Shown: piece after piece, positions 25,200 to 37,993 of the stretch
Position numbering within the stretch: position 1 is the stretch's first letter
Layout of the letters: each line of letters begins with the position of its first letter
From: Somniosus microcephalus
Lineage: Eukaryota
NCBI GenBank assembly: GCA_052327205.1
Contig: CM126206.1
Span: 89,776,001-89,840,000 of the forward strand
Direction of reading: 5' to 3'
DNA: 64,000 nt
Made by a program: the position numbers and the translations under genes
The notes under the pieces: model-generated
Seen by the model: the letters and a program-made list of their open reading frames with translations, nothing else
What the model was told of the DNA's origin: nothing
Database searches by the model: none

Positions 25200-25650
25200 G
25201 CTGTTCTGCTGTCCTATACCAAGTCATGCTCATTCATCAACCATGCCCTTGCTGACCTACATTGGGTCCCTATGTCCCAACATCTCAAATATAAAATTCT
25301 CATCCTTGTGTTGAAATTTCTCAATGGATTTGCTCTGTAACCTACTCCAGCTCCCTGACCCCCAGAAACTGCATTCAAATGACTGTGGTCTTTTGTACTT
25401 CTGTATCTCCCTTTGCACCACCACTGGTGCCCATATCTCAGCCATGTAGGTCCCACTCTGGAATTCCCTTCCTAAGCCTCTCTGCCTCTCCACCTCCCTC
25501 TCCTCCTTTAAGGAACCGCTTTAAAACCCATCTCTTTGACCAAGATTTTGATTACCCCTCCTAATCTATCCTCCTTTCACTTGGTGCCTGTTTTTCCTCG
25601 TGCTTCATGAAGTGCATTGTGATGCTTTTCTACTTTAAAAGCATTATACT
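25200..25650 (+). mobile_element. Old L2 LINE 3' end
   Basis: ALADLHWVP..KYKILIL..FKTHLFDQ remnants. Confidence 0.6.
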
Positions 25651-25709
25651 GTATAATTGTAAGCTCTTTGTTGCTATATAAAAGTTACTTCTTACAGGCA
25701 CTACAATTT

Positions 25710-26291
25710 GGGGCAATTACAACCCTGCCCATTTCTCGCATTAAAAACGGGTGGCTGGCTGTTGAGAATCAGGGCTGGTGGGGGGTGGGGGGGGGGGGGT
25801 GGAATCTCGACCACCCCATTGATGACCAAAGGCCACCTGATGTGATCTTCAGGCAGGCCAGCTGTTTCAGGCATAAGGCTGCCTAAATATGGAAATTAGG
25901 TTGTAGGACCCTGATTGCAATGTTCAGGTACAAATGGTCGGAGTGCATGCTTTGCCCATATCTACCAGGCAGTCAGTAGCCTAACCTGCAGCCCTTTAAG
26001 GGACCTCTAGTGGCCACTTAAGTAAAGGCCCAAAACCTTTTTGGGGAGAATTTTTGTGGTGCCAGGTGGAGCAGAGATGCTCTGCCTGGCTCCACAAACG
26101 TACTATGGCTCGCTGCCAGCCTGTGCCCGACCACCCCAAGCCCAACCTGTCCGGTAGCTAAGTATGGCAGGTGGCCAATTTGCTGCCTGTAGCTCGCCAG
26201 TGGCATTCAAATGAAGCCCAACTTCGAACACTGTTCTGGCCTCCCGTTGCTCGCCTTGCGCCCATCTTGGGCGGTAGTCGAATTTCTCCCC
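25710..26291. mobile_element. Degenerate Harbinger-type MITE
   Basis: GGGG(C)AATT... and ...AATTTCTCCCC termini around a GC-rich interior; TSD not resolved. Confidence 0.4.
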
Positions 26292-26674
26292 AAAATACTG
26301 AGGAATTAGCAAAAGAATTGCATGGCTGAAGAAGCTGAGAAAACTGCGAGTGGGGGACCAAACTTCCTGAGAGAGGAACACCTTGAGGAGGTATGGGTCT
26401 GAAGCCAAAGTTAGCAGTTAAGAGCTGGGATTGACAGCCAGCTTCATGGCCAAGATGCATTTAGTGAGGGGCAGAGAGAGATTCTATTGGTGAGAGTGGT
26501 TTCTTTTTGAGTTGTGATTGCTCTTTTAAGGAATCAACATTGGTTGTAAGTGAGACTATTCACCATGCATTCATGTGCCACCTTAATAATGGATAATAAA
26601 ACTTAGAAAACATGATTGTTATCTTGGATGTGGAAACTGCATCTTCATAGAATGGCACTGTCACTCTTTGACAG

Positions 26675-26908
26675 AACATTGTTGCTGTTGGTGCTGGTTT
26701 CTGTGATGGTCTGCTCTGTGGAGATAACACTAAAGCTGCAGTGATTCGCCTGGGTTTGATGGAGATGATTGCGTTTTCCAAACTCTTTTGCAAAGGAACA
26801 GTGTCTGTTGCAACTTTCCTGGAAAGTTGTGGCATTGCAGACGTTATCACAACTTGCTATGGTGGACGAAATCGCAAGATTGCAGAAGCTTTTGTAAAAA
26901 CTGGAAAG
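26675..26908 (+). CDS. GPD1L: GPD1L exon 6
   Basis: tgacag acceptor, GTAAAG donor; [12 protein letters not shown]...[20 protein letters not shown]. Confidence 0.97.
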
Positions 26909-27004
26909 GTAAAGACGACTTTATTAACTGTATATTCTATTAAAGAAAACATAAATACGTACAGATTCTAGGTAGTTAAATGCAGCATATAACTGAGCCT
27001 AATT

Positions 27005-28245
27005 GAACTAACTGATCTAATTGAATTTTTTGATGAAGTAACAGGGAGGATTAATGAAGGGAATGCAGTGGATGTTGTCTACATGGATTTTAGGAAGGTG
27101 TTTGACAAAGTACCACATAGAAGGCTGGTTAACAAAATTGATGCTCATGGAATAGGTGGGTCAGTGGCAGCTTGGATAAGGAATTGGCTTAAGGACAGAA
27201 AACAGCAAATTGTGGTAAATGGCTGTTTTTCAGACTGGAGGATGGTAGACAGTGGTGTTCCCCAAGGGTCAGTGCTGGGGTCACTGCTTTTTTTGATATA
27301 TATATAAATGACCTGGATATTGGAATACAGAGTAGAATTTCTAAATTTGCTGATGACACCAACATTGGGGGTGTGGCAAACAATGAGGATGATACCAATC
27401 GACTGCAACAGGACATAGAAAGGCTAGCAGAATGGGCAGACAAGTGGCAGATGGAATTTAATACAGAAAAGTGTAAGATGATGCATTTTGGCCAAAGGAA
27501 CAGGGAGAGGCAATATACACTTAATGGCACAGTTTTAAAGAGTGTGCAGGGGCAGAGGGACCTGGAAGTTAATGTGCATAGGCCCCTGAAGGTGGCGGGA
27601 CATATTGAAAGAGTGGTTAGCAAAGCATTTGGGATCTTGGACTTCATAAATAGAGGTATTGAGTACAAAAGTAGAGAAGTTATGCTGAACCTTTATAAAG
27701 CGCTGGTTAGGCCACAACTGGAGTATTGCGACCTGTTCTGGTCACCACACTTTAGGAAGGCACTTGAGAGGGTGCAGAGATTTACCAGAATCGTTCCGGG
27801 GATGGGGGATCTTAGCTACAAGGACAGGTTGGAGAAGCTGGATTTGTTTTCATTAGAACAAAGGAGGTTGAGGGGTGATTTGATAGAGGTGTACAAGATT
27901 ATGACGGGTTTGGATAGGCTAGATGGGGAAAGGCTGTTCCCACTAATTGATGGTACAAGGACTAGGGGACACAGATTTAAGGTTTTGGGCAAGAGATAAC
28001 AGGGGGGATGTGAGGAAAAACCTTTTTACGCAGCGAGTGGTGAAGACCTGCAACTCGCTGCTGACGGAAGTGGTGGAAGCAGAGACACTCAATGTTTTCA
28101 AGGGGAGACTGGATAGGCACTTGAGGGAAATAAACTTGCAGGGCTACGGGGATAGAGCGGGGTAATGTGACTGATTGGATTGCTCTACAGAGAGCCGGCA
28201 CAGACTCGATGGGCCGAATGGCCTCCTCCTGTGCCGTTATGACTC
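27005..28245 (+). mobile_element. CR1 LINE, 5'-truncated (RT to 3' UTR), frameshifted
   Basis: [33 protein letters not shown] and LVRPQLEY motifs; CR1 tail. Confidence 0.92.
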
Positions 28246-28254
28246 TGTGAGCCA

Positions 28255-28570
28255 TATAGAACAGAAGATTCCAGGATTGATTCCCAGTCTTTGAGTTAGC
28301 TGATTCCCTGCTGGAGTGGCAGTAGGAATGCTGTAATTGCCCTTGGGCTAAGGAGGGAAAGTTGGCCAGGATTCCTTCTCCCAATTGGTATTCAGTGACC
28401 CCTGTGGGAAGTGCATGGATGTGGATGTTTGAATGTGGATAGGTTTGGGCTTGCCTATGGAGTCCATCCCCACAGTTCTGTAGCCTGTCTGTGCTCACCG
28501 TCTAGGCTCACGTGAAGAATGGCATGGACTGTACCCAAGCAAGAATTAACGCCTTCGGGAGGAGAGGCCG
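28255..28570 (+). repeat. Old dispersed SINE-like repeat (other copies at about 15620-15800, 19900-20450, 31320-31600, 48335-48620; minus-strand copies at about 13500-13700 and 47520-47800)
   Basis: Recurring blocks GAGTTAGCTGAT, GGGAGGGGAAAAT-AGCCAGGG-TTCC and CAGTGACCCCTG. Family not identified. Confidence 0.6.
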
Positions 28571-28858
28571 GTAGAAGAAAATACGTGAAACATTTGCAGT
28601 TTATTTATACACAACTATTGCTAGAATGTTCACTATGAAAACATCTACCATTTAGCTCTACTGGCACAGTAGAAAGGTCATAGAACAGTACAATAATTTA
28701 TATTCTATATATATATATTATATGAAGTATACCTTCATTTTAATAGAAAAAGAGGTGTGTAGATGAATAGATATCATCAGCCTGCAGTACTATTCAGTTG
28801 TTGCATAAGAGATGACATTACAACAATGTATAAAACTCTGGGATTATTTGCTCTGCAG

Positions 28859-28965
28859 ACTATTGAGCAGCTGGAACAGGAGATGTTGAATGGTCAGAAG
28901 CTCCAAGGTCCTCAGACTGCTGCAGAAGTCTACCAGATTCTCAAACAGAAGGCAATAGTGGATAA
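28859..28965 (+). CDS. GPD1L: GPD1L exon 7
   Basis: ctgcag acceptor, GTAAGT donor; [36 protein letters not shown]. Confidence 0.96.
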
Positions 28966-29147
28966 GTAAGTCGAATTTACTTGTTCCTTACTTACATATT
29001 AGACTTGTGTCCCTGATTTTTTTTCTCCGTTAGACGCTCCAGTGCTACTTCTTGCCACCTTTGCTATCACTGGGCTATTATCAAGATGCTGTGATTAGCT
29101 GATTTGAAGTGTTTTTTGAAGCACATTGACTGCACCAGTATGCACCA

Positions 29148-29757
29148 GACCCACCCTCCTGTATGCCTCAGAGACATGGACGATGTACAGCAGGCACCTC
29201 AAAGCACTGGAGAGGTACCACCAACGCTGCCTCCGCAAGATCCTGCAAATCCATTGGGAGGATAGGCGCACCAACGTCAGTGTTCTTGCTCAGGCCAACA
29301 TCCCCAGCATCGAAGCTTTGACCACGCTCGATCAGCTCTGATGGACGGGCCAGATCATCTGCATGCCCGATACGAGACTCCCAAAACAAGCGCTCTGCTC
29401 GGAGCTCCAACACGGCAAGAGAGCCCCAGGTGGGCAGAGGAAACGCTTCAAGGACACCCTCAAAGCCTCCTTGAAAAAGTGCAACATCCCCACTGACACC
29501 TGGGAATCCCTGGCCCAAGACCGCACAAAGTGAAGGAGAAGCATCCAGGAAGGCGCCGAACACCTCGAGTCTCTTCGATGGGAGCAAGCGCAAGGAGCGC
29601 ATGACAAACAAGCACCCCCACCCACCCGCCCCTTCAACCACTGTCTGCCCCACCTGTGACAGAGACTGTAGGTCCCGCATTGGACTCATCAGTCACCTGA
29701 GAACTCATTTTTAGTGTGGAAGCAAGTCATCCTCGGTTCCGAGGGACTGCCTTAAGA
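29148..29757 (+). mobile_element. RTE (BovB-like) LINE 3' fragment
   Basis: PTLLYASETWT..HQRCLRKIL.IHW, RLPKQ, GGQRKRFKDTLK, and a C-terminal CPTCDRDCRSRIGLISHLRTH zinc finger; in-frame stops. Confidence 0.88.
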
Positions 29758-31744
29758 AGATTTCTTTCTCCCAAGGGAATGCTGTACTGCTGTTCAGTAC
29801 TCCAGCTTCTGATCTAGTCAAGAATGGGACAGGTCAGTTCAATTGGTCCTGCTACTCATGAGTACGACTAAAATATTACCGTGCACAAACCATCAAGAAG
29901 AGAGAAACTGTTTAACTGTGTTAGGAGTCACTTAAATTTATACTGCAGAAGAAATATTTTTATAGTCTGAGTCACAACCAATTGTTATGCTTGCACTCCT
30001 TGAGTCAGAAGATGTGTAACCTTAGTGTACTGCTTGACACTGATCTCGGCTTCCTCCCCATGTCTGCTCCATTACTAAGACTGCTTTTTTCCACTTCTAC
30101 CCTTCCACTGTCAAACCCCTAATCCATGCCTTTATCAACTTGAGTGTCAACTTTTAAATGAGTTTCTAATTGGCCACCATGCCTTAACACTCCACAACCT
30201 AGGTCCTCACCTGGAAAAAGTGCTGCACACCATCATCCCAGCCTCTCCATTGGCTTCCCATGCCACAGCGAATTGATGGCTTTCAAATCCCTTCATGACC
30301 TCACCCACCCTACCTTGGGGATCTCCTGACTTATGTCCTTCATGGACTCTTTGCTGCTCCTTGACCTCCACTTCACCATTACTGGGTGCTCATTCAGCTA
30401 CTGTGCTTCTACTCTTGAAAGTGGCTGCCTAATTGCTTCTACCTTGCTATCGTTCTACCTGCTTTCAAAAACTGCCTCAAAACACTGGACTTTGACTGGT
30501 CTCCGATCTTAACTGTCTTCATTTTCCCCCTCATTTTCCCCCTCTGCTCAGGATCCTTGTTAATGCTCCTTAATGTAAAATGTTTGGAAACGTCTTCTTG
30601 CGAGTGAGGAACTCTATAGAAATGTTTTAATGGGCTGCATCTCGCAGCGTGCCCTATTAGTTAGACTTTTTTATGAACCCTTCAGCTTAAAAAATGTTCG
30701 CGTTGTAACTTGCTGGAAGTGCGTGGAAAGCTGATACCGGCGTGGTGAGGGCAATGGGGTATCTGGGACCTCTGAACAATGGGACCAACAGTGTATCTCC
30801 TTAACCAATGAGAGTTAAGGATTGCAAAATCAACAGAGGAAGGACTGAGAAGGAGGGTAATCAGATGCAGAAAAAGAAATAAAGAAAGGGAAAGAAAGAT
30901 TGGATTAAGAGAGCGGGGAAAAAAAAGAGACAGAAAGGAAATGTAAGAAAAAAATTAAAAACTAAAAATTTGGCATTTTAAAAATCTCGAACAATTTACC
31001 AGTTGAAGGAATGAGACTCCACAATTTAAATTGTTCAATTTTGGGGCAGAGAGGTTGATTAACCTCTCTGAAATGCAGAGAGGCATTGCATTAATAATTA
31101 TCACATTGTTATAAAGGTACTTACACAGTTAATGACCAGATTTAACTTCCTGCAGCGAGTTTAATGGCTTTCTGATCACCTTTGACAAAGCTTTTTTCAC
31201 ACTTTCAGAATAATATTGTCAATCTTTTTGTAAAATCTTGCAGAAAGCACTGTTTTAAACTGATTTTTTTTAAAAAGTAGATGGATAGGAAGGATTTTTA
31301 GCTCAAAATTCAGACTAATGAAATGTGCTCTCCAGTGTCTCAGCTGGTGAAGGCAGTGAGTAGCTGCTGCACACAGATCTGGGAAGATCTCAGTCTGTGT
31401 AATTAGCCTCAGTGCCTTGGATTAAGGAGGAGAAAATCAGCCAGAGTTCCTCTTCTGATCGCTGTCCAGTGAGCCATGTTGGAAGTAAATACCTGAACAG
31501 GACAGGAGTGAGCTCAGCCGTGATCACTGCACCTTTTCCTCCCACATCGCCACTCACCATGGTCAAATAGCCCATTGACAATTATTCTCTAGGCTTATAA
31601 ATGAAGAATGGCTTCTTGGACAAGGTGACACAGGAAACATTCCCAGGTGACTTTGGACTTATTGTTCCCAAAGCTCTCCACCACTGGGGTTTTGCTCAGC
31701 TCATGTCTGGATCTGTTGTAGACTAAATGATTGAGATTAGTTTT

Positions 31745-32215
31745 TTTTATTTGTTTATGGGATGTACGTGTCGCTGGCAAAGTCAACATTTATTGCCCAT
31801 CCCTAACTGCCCCTGAGAAGGTGGTGGTGAGCCGCTTTCTTGAACTACTGCAATCCGTGTGGTGAAGGTACTCCCACAGTGCTGTTAGGGAGGGAGTTCC
31901 AGGATTTTGACCCAACGACGATGAAGGAACGGCGATATACTTCTAAGTCAGGATGGTGTGTGACTTGGAGAGGAACTTGGAGGTGGTGGTGTTCCCATGC
32001 GCCTGCTGCCCTTGTCCTTCTAGGTGGAAGAGCTCGCGGGTTTGGGTGGTGCTGCCAAAGAAGCCTTGGCGAGTTGCTGCAGTGCATCTTGTAGATGGTA
32101 CACACTGCAGCCACGGTACGCCCGTGGTGGAGGGAGTGAATGTTTAAAGTGGTGGATGGGGTGCCAATCAAGCGGACTGCTTTGTCCTGGATAGTGTCGA
32201 TCTTCTTGAGTGTTA
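31745..32215 (-). mobile_element. 3' end of a CR1/L2-group LINE
   Basis: SLHH.RTVAA..IYKM...RRSF....KSWNSLP C-terminal motif and a tail GGGATGGGCAATAAATG. Confidence 0.75.
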
Positions 32216-32764
32216 ATTGCTATGATTGATCAACAACTCCATTATCATTGTAGCATGCGACTACGAGGATGGTTGAAGGCAAACTAGATTCACCTTGGTC
32301 TTTATCGTCTAGCAATTCCTACATTCCACAGATACTGCCTGACCTGTCATTTTTACTGCAAAAGTAAATCATCTCCCAATCACAAGATCAAGTTACATCT
32401 TTTTTTCTGGAAAGACTACTCGAGAGTAGTTTTATTGTACAGAGGTCAACTGTCACAGTTCTATTACGATACTCTCCAAAATTAAGTGTAGCTTTTGGAC
32501 AAATGGCTAGACTTCCTGCATGTTGGCTATGAATGGACAAAAAATCTAGACCAAAGTTGTTTTACCATGTTATTTAATGCTAATTTGGATTCAACTTGGA
32601 CAAAAGTTAGAGTATTTTGTCTTGGCACATGTAGAATTTGTTCATCTGTACATGTATGTATTTGTTATGTGTGCTCCTACTCAACCAACAGATGGCTTCC
32701 ATCCACCCCCCCTCACCTCCTTGTCCTGGCACAAACCCATACTTTTTTCACTTTCTTGTTATAG

Positions 32765-32861
32765 GTTCCCTTTGTTCACGGCAGTGTATCGGATTTGCTA
32801 TGAAGGCAAGCCAGTGACAGAATTGATAGCCTGTCTGCAGAGTCACCCAGAGCACATATAA
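32765..32861 (+). CDS. GPD1L: GPD1L exon 8 (to TAA)
   Basis: ttatag acceptor; [31 protein letters not shown]. Confidence 0.96.
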
Positions 32862-33569
32862 AACTGCATTATGATGGATTACACTCCGTGTTCCTCTTGC
32901 ATGGGGCTAATACTAAATATTGACGTGTGGATCACCAACTAGAAGAGATCATGCTTGACTAGCTATGAAGTAGATTGTGTGGCATCAAGTGAGCCTGACC
33001 TTCAGTGGAGGTTCCATTGAATTGTCAGTTAATGTTTGCAATATTCTGATGGACTGAGATGAAGTTACAGTTAAAAATGCCATAGTGGGCAAGGGGCTTA
33101 AAGTATTGTTAATCTGTGTGCCTATTCATGATGGAAATACTATAGCAGATGGTTTGCATGTACATTGGCATGAGGTTTGGGCAAACATTTATGCATAACC
33201 TTATTTAGTTATTAAATATTGTCGACAAACAAGTTAAAGCTTCAAGAAGCTCATGGAAGGTCTGATATCACTAACTGTATTGGTTAAGTACAGAATAGTG
33301 CCCAAGCCTTTTAAATTTTTTTCCAAAAATGTCAATTTTATTAGTTATTTTTAATACTACGATTTGTGAAAATCCATGATTTTAAGACATAGTTCTCTAT
33401 TATTACAGGCATGTTGATGTTTACTGTAATTAATTGCACACCTTGCTTATTCTAGGTTTTAGCCCAGAAGTAAAACCATTTGCCCAGGTGAGATTCAAAT
33501 CGACTTTCTCAGATGAGAGCAGTTTTGTCACTTGATGTTCTTGATGTGTTGGATGGCCTTGGAGTGTCT

Positions 33570-33775
33570 ATTCTTAGTGGTATCACTCTCGCTTCTGAAC
33601 CAGAAGGTCATGGGTTCAAGCCCCACTCCAGAGACTTGAGCACATAATCTAGGCTGACACTTCATTGCAGTACTGAGAGAATATTTTCCAGTGAGACTAT
33701 ATTTCAGAAGAGCACTTCATTGGCTGTAAAGCACGTTGGGACATCCTGAGTCATGAAAGGTGCTATATAAATGCA
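33570..33775 (+). mobile_element. tRNA-derived SINE with L2-type tail, internally deleted
   Basis: B-box GGTTCAAGCCC and tail TGTAAAGCAC..GGGACATCCTGAG..GAAAGGTGCTATATAAATGCA; the same tail is on the minus strand at about 15140-15195. Confidence 0.6.
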
Positions 33776-35244
33776 CATTCATTCGTTTGTTCTTTCGCCT
33801 CATCTGGCGCTTCTTTCAGGTGGCAAGGACCACATGCTTCAGCCAGTCTCTCTTCCAAATCCTCTTCCTCTTTGCTTTCTTCTGACCCCACCTCTCCTTC
33901 AAGTTTCCCCCTTGCTGTATTTTCATTATCCCCTCTGACCCCGAATGAGCCATCCTCAGCAAAGCCCTCGGCATCATCCTTGACATGATGTTGAGCTCTT
34001 TTATTGCCTCCGCACCTAATTTCTTTTCTAGGAGGCTTGCCCCCGCACATCAGACCCTCCTGTCTTCAACAACATCACCACCAACAACTTGCATTTATAT
34101 AGCGCCTTTAACGTAATAAAACATCCCAGGCGCTTCACAGGAGAGCTATCAACAACATTTGACACCGAGCCACATAACGTCTTAGAGGATAGAGAGACGG
34201 AGAGATTTAGGGAGGGAATTGCAGAGCCTCCTTTGTCTCCTGCTAATATCACTTCTGCCATTAAACCATCTTCTGTTCTCCATCCAAGCACTTCATACAA
34301 ATCATTCTATTTCTTTTCCTGTGTGTATGTTTTTTCCCTTCCCCTCTCACTTGTTCTGTCCCTTTTTTAAATGCTGCTCATCTGTAATATCTGCCAGTCC
34401 TGAGGAAGGGTCTTTAGACCGGAAACATCAACTGAATGACTTTTGTTTCCCCACACATGTGACCTCCTGAGTATATCCAACCGTTATTTTCTGTTTTAAT
34501 TTTCAGATTTCCAACATTTACACTAATTTGCTTTCTGCACCTAAGTGGGGTGTGCGCTCCCTACTGGACAAGCAGGAAAACTACTTGTGTAGATTTCTCA
34601 TTAGCTTGAATTCGAGACTCAAATAAGGTGATGGATTTTTTTATTAGGCCTGAATCGTCAACTGAATGATGATGGGTTTCTGTATGTGCCAGACACCCGG
34701 CTGACCAAACAAACACTTACATTTGCTCTCCTTTATTCCCCATTTACATTCTGCCCAGCCAGGATCTCCCAGCAACTCGATCCTTCTGATCCCACCCCCA
34801 CCCGACACCTCTGATCTTCCACCCCGGTCTTTCCGATCCCTCCCTCCAAACCACCCAATGTGTCTCTGCTCTGCACCCCCCCCCCCCGATCTCTTCGCCC
34901 CCCGATGTCTCCGACCCTCTGATCGATCCACCGCTCCCGACTCATGATCTCTCTCCATCCTCTCCGTTCCCCAGCTGCAGCCTGGTGCCGAAGGCCGATC
35001 CGCCCGACAGCCAGCCAGCCTCTTAATCTGGCTGGCTGTGGCTGGGAGACGGAGACAAATAATGGTAATCAGGCCCTGGCGTTAAATTCGGGGCTTGAGG
35101 GAAACCCGTTCTTCCGGGTTTACTGACCGCAAAGCAGCAACCACCCCCCCCCTCCCCACCTCCAAGTTAATATCGGGGCCACTGTGTTTCAATTGGTAGC
35201 TAAGTAACTCTGATGGTTTATTTTAAATAACCATTATGGAGCCT

Positions 35245-35872
35245 GGGGGCGATTTTAACCCTAGCCACCCAACGGTTAAAATTGCCCAGGTTACTTACTC
35301 AGCCTGGCGCTGCCAGTTTCCCAGTTTTATCCTGCAAGAAGACCTGCCCAAAGCTGGCAGGTTCCTCTTTTACATATGTATGTTTAGTCCTGATGACATC
35401 TTCGGGACCTGACTGCAATTTTAATTGGTGGCCTGAGCGGGGAAGCCACAGTGGCTTTCCCACCAGGTGAAGACAGTGGGGAAGAGGATCCAGGGTCAGA
35501 AGAGGCCCAAACAGGTACCTTTTTTTCAGCTTCCCTTGTTCCTGCAGAGTGCTCCTCCGGGCACCACAAGGAAAGTTTGGGCCTCCTCTGCGGTGGACTC
35601 ATTCCTCTCTTTCCCCTCCCCCCTTCCCGATCGTGAGATCTCCGCAAGTCAGGCCCAGCAACCGATCCCACCGCATACCTGCAGTCGGCAGGCGACCTCT
35701 ACGTGGCACGATTTTCCACTGTGCCCCGGAGCAGGTGGGAAGTTGGCTGGTGGGATTTAAATGAGGCCCGACAGTTAAAATAATCCGGACCTCATTTCTG
35801 GAGCAGCGTGTGAATTTCTAACTCACACCACTACCCATCTACCCAAAACTGGCCCGGAGTTAAAATCAGTCC
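35245..35872. mobile_element. Degenerate Harbinger-type MITE
   Basis: Imperfect TIR GGGGCGATTTTAAC / GTTAAAATCAGTCC around a GC-rich interior. Confidence 0.5.
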
Positions 35873-35964
35873 TTCTTTGTCCCTCAATTTGATACACTGA
35901 TTGGGCACGTCTGCATTGGGACTTCAAATTGCAACAACAGGAGTCTTGTTTGCATAACAGTTAA

Positions 35965-37005
35965 TGGTTGATGGTACCAGGGCTAGGGGACACAGATTTA
36001 AGGTTTTGGGCAAGAGATACAGGGGGAATGTGAGGAAGAACTTTTTTACGCAGTGAATGGTGAGGACCTGGAGCTCGCTGCCGACGGAAGTGGTGGAAGC
36101 AGAGACACTCAGGGCAGGATTTTCATTGGGCTGTGGAGGCGGGACTGGAGGCGTGCGGGGGGTTAAAATCCCAAAATCGGGGGGCACGAACCCATCCCAC
36201 TCCCAACCCGCCTCCATGCTAGTTTCAAAGGAGGCGGGTACCCGACCTGCACTGGGACCCGCCTCCCCAAGGCGGGAAGGGGATTAGTGCCAATTAACTG
36301 CCTGTTAACAGGTAGTTAACAGGCAGTTTTTAGCCTAATCCCTATTTTTATTCTTGAAGTGTGGGATTCCCGACAGCTCCAAACCACGCCATGTTAGCGA
36401 GGCGGGCCGTCGACTGAAGGGCTTGGAGGGGTCGAGATGTCCGGTGTTCAGGTGAGTGATGGGTGCATGAGTACAGAGGTAAGTGTGTTTGTGTTTGGTG
36501 TGTTTAAAGTGTTTAAAGAAGTTTTACTTACCTTTACAGCCTTCCATCCTTCAGGTCTCGGGAGTCCCTCATCTCAGCAGCACAGAAAGCAGAATGGCCG
36601 CGATCTGTCAAAAATTGCAGCATTCGGCTTTCTGTTCCGGAGAGATCTCTAAATCATCCTGAGAGGAAGGAATTAACTTAGAGTACAGATTGTCAGTGTT
36701 TGACAGCTTCAAACAGCTGTGAAATGCTGATATTTCATCTGTCAAAAGGTCTTGACAGATGAAATATCAATCTGTGACGTCACCTGTTGCTGGGTGGCCC
36801 TTAATTGCCCTGAAAGTTGTAGTCCCGCCTCCTCAATGAAAATCCAGCCCTCAATGTTTTCAAGGGGAGACTGGATAGGCACTTGAGGGAAATAAACTTG
36901 CAGGGCTACGGGGATAGAGCGGGGGAATGGGACTGACTGGATTGCTCTACAGAGAGCCGACACGAACTCAATGGGCCGAATGGCCTTCTTCTGTGCCGTT
37001 ATGAC
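35965..37005 (+). mobile_element. CR1 3' tail split by a MITE
   Basis: 35965-36111 plus 36851-37005 reconstitute a near-copy of 27945-28245. Confidence 0.85.
36112..36850. mobile_element. PIF/Harbinger MITE
   Basis: TIR GGGCAGGATTTTCATTG / CAATGAAAATCCAGCCC, 3-bp TSD TCA; the empty-site sequence is visible in the CR1 paralog at 28081-28100. Confidence 0.88.
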
Positions 37006-37956
37006 TCTAGGAACATGAAATCACAATACACCAGCAGCTTTGAGTCGAAGCAGGCCTGCAACAGTCTGCTGCTGCTGTAGACTTTGCAAGATTTACAGTG
37101 TGGCTCGGGTTCCACAGCACACAACAGACCAAGAGCTGATCAATTATGATGGAAAATAAAAAATGCTGAAAATGCACAGCAAACCTGTCAGCATTTGAAA
37201 GAGGCAAAAAATGGAAGGAGCATTTTGTTGAACTGGTTATAGGCAGGCATTAGAGGAAGAAAGAGAATACAAAAAGTACAGATATGCTAATTACTGTTAC
37301 AATGAGAGCTGAGAAGCTTAGTAGCTTGTAAACAAATTTTGAACTGCTGAAAGAAAGGTGAAAAGTACTTATACAATAGCAAAATACTGCGGATGCTGGA
37401 AATCTGAAACAACAACAGAAAATGCTGGAAACATATACTTAGTTGTTTGAAAATTGTGATTTGTGATTTCTGGCTGCATGATCTTCCCTGGTGGTCTGTA
37501 CAGGCAGGTGAGAAAATCTTTTTACAGTTGCCTCCTGAGGTGCTGGGGGAACACCTCACTGGATTACTTCTTTACAATTGACTGAGCCTTTCATTTTGAT
37601 TTGAAAATCCTTGGTACTGGGACTGATGTATTATTTCATGCGTTCAAATTAAATTATCTGAGGGGGAAGAGGTATCGTTTTCTTGAAAAATATACTGCTG
37701 TGGCGACACGCCACCACTGGACATAATCCGCTCACGGCGGCACGGACAGTTTAAGCAGACGCCCCCAGCCGGGGGCCCTTTCCTCCAGCAACTTGTTTCC
37801 CGCAGGGACAGGCTGCCGGGAGCGCTTCCTGTCTGGGAAGTATTTAAGTGGATGCGCGGGCTTTTCCAGTTCCTCTTTGTCATGAGGTAGAATAAAAGCA
37901 GTTGTGTTTTACTAGCTCTGGTCTCGACTCCCACGTTTGCCGCGGTATCTCAACAC

Positions 37957-37970
37957 TGGTGACCCCGACG
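37957..37970 (+). promoter_or_regulatory. Primer binding site, tRNA-Trp
   Basis: TGGTGACCCCGACG is the reverse complement of the vertebrate tRNA-Trp 3' end (CGUCGGGGUCACCA). Confidence 0.88.
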
Positions 37971-37993
37971 CTCAGGACGCATCCTAAGCTAGC

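Larger units (their letters stand above)
991..32861 (+). other. GPD1L: GPD1L gene span (ATG to stop), glycerol-3-phosphate dehydrogenase 1-like, 8 coding exons
   Basis: Exons of 44+178+141+139+113+234+107+97 = 1053 nt splice in frame into 350 aa. Motifs include GSGNWG (Rossmann fold), SLIKG, GANIA, ALKNIVA and [24 protein letters not shown] and the C-terminal CLQSHPEH match GPD1L better than GPD1. Confidence 0.93.

Noticed and set aside
32862-33500. GPD1L poly(A) site
   Set aside because: Only variant hexamers (ATTAAA, AGTAAA) were seen; the 3' end cannot be placed without RNA data.
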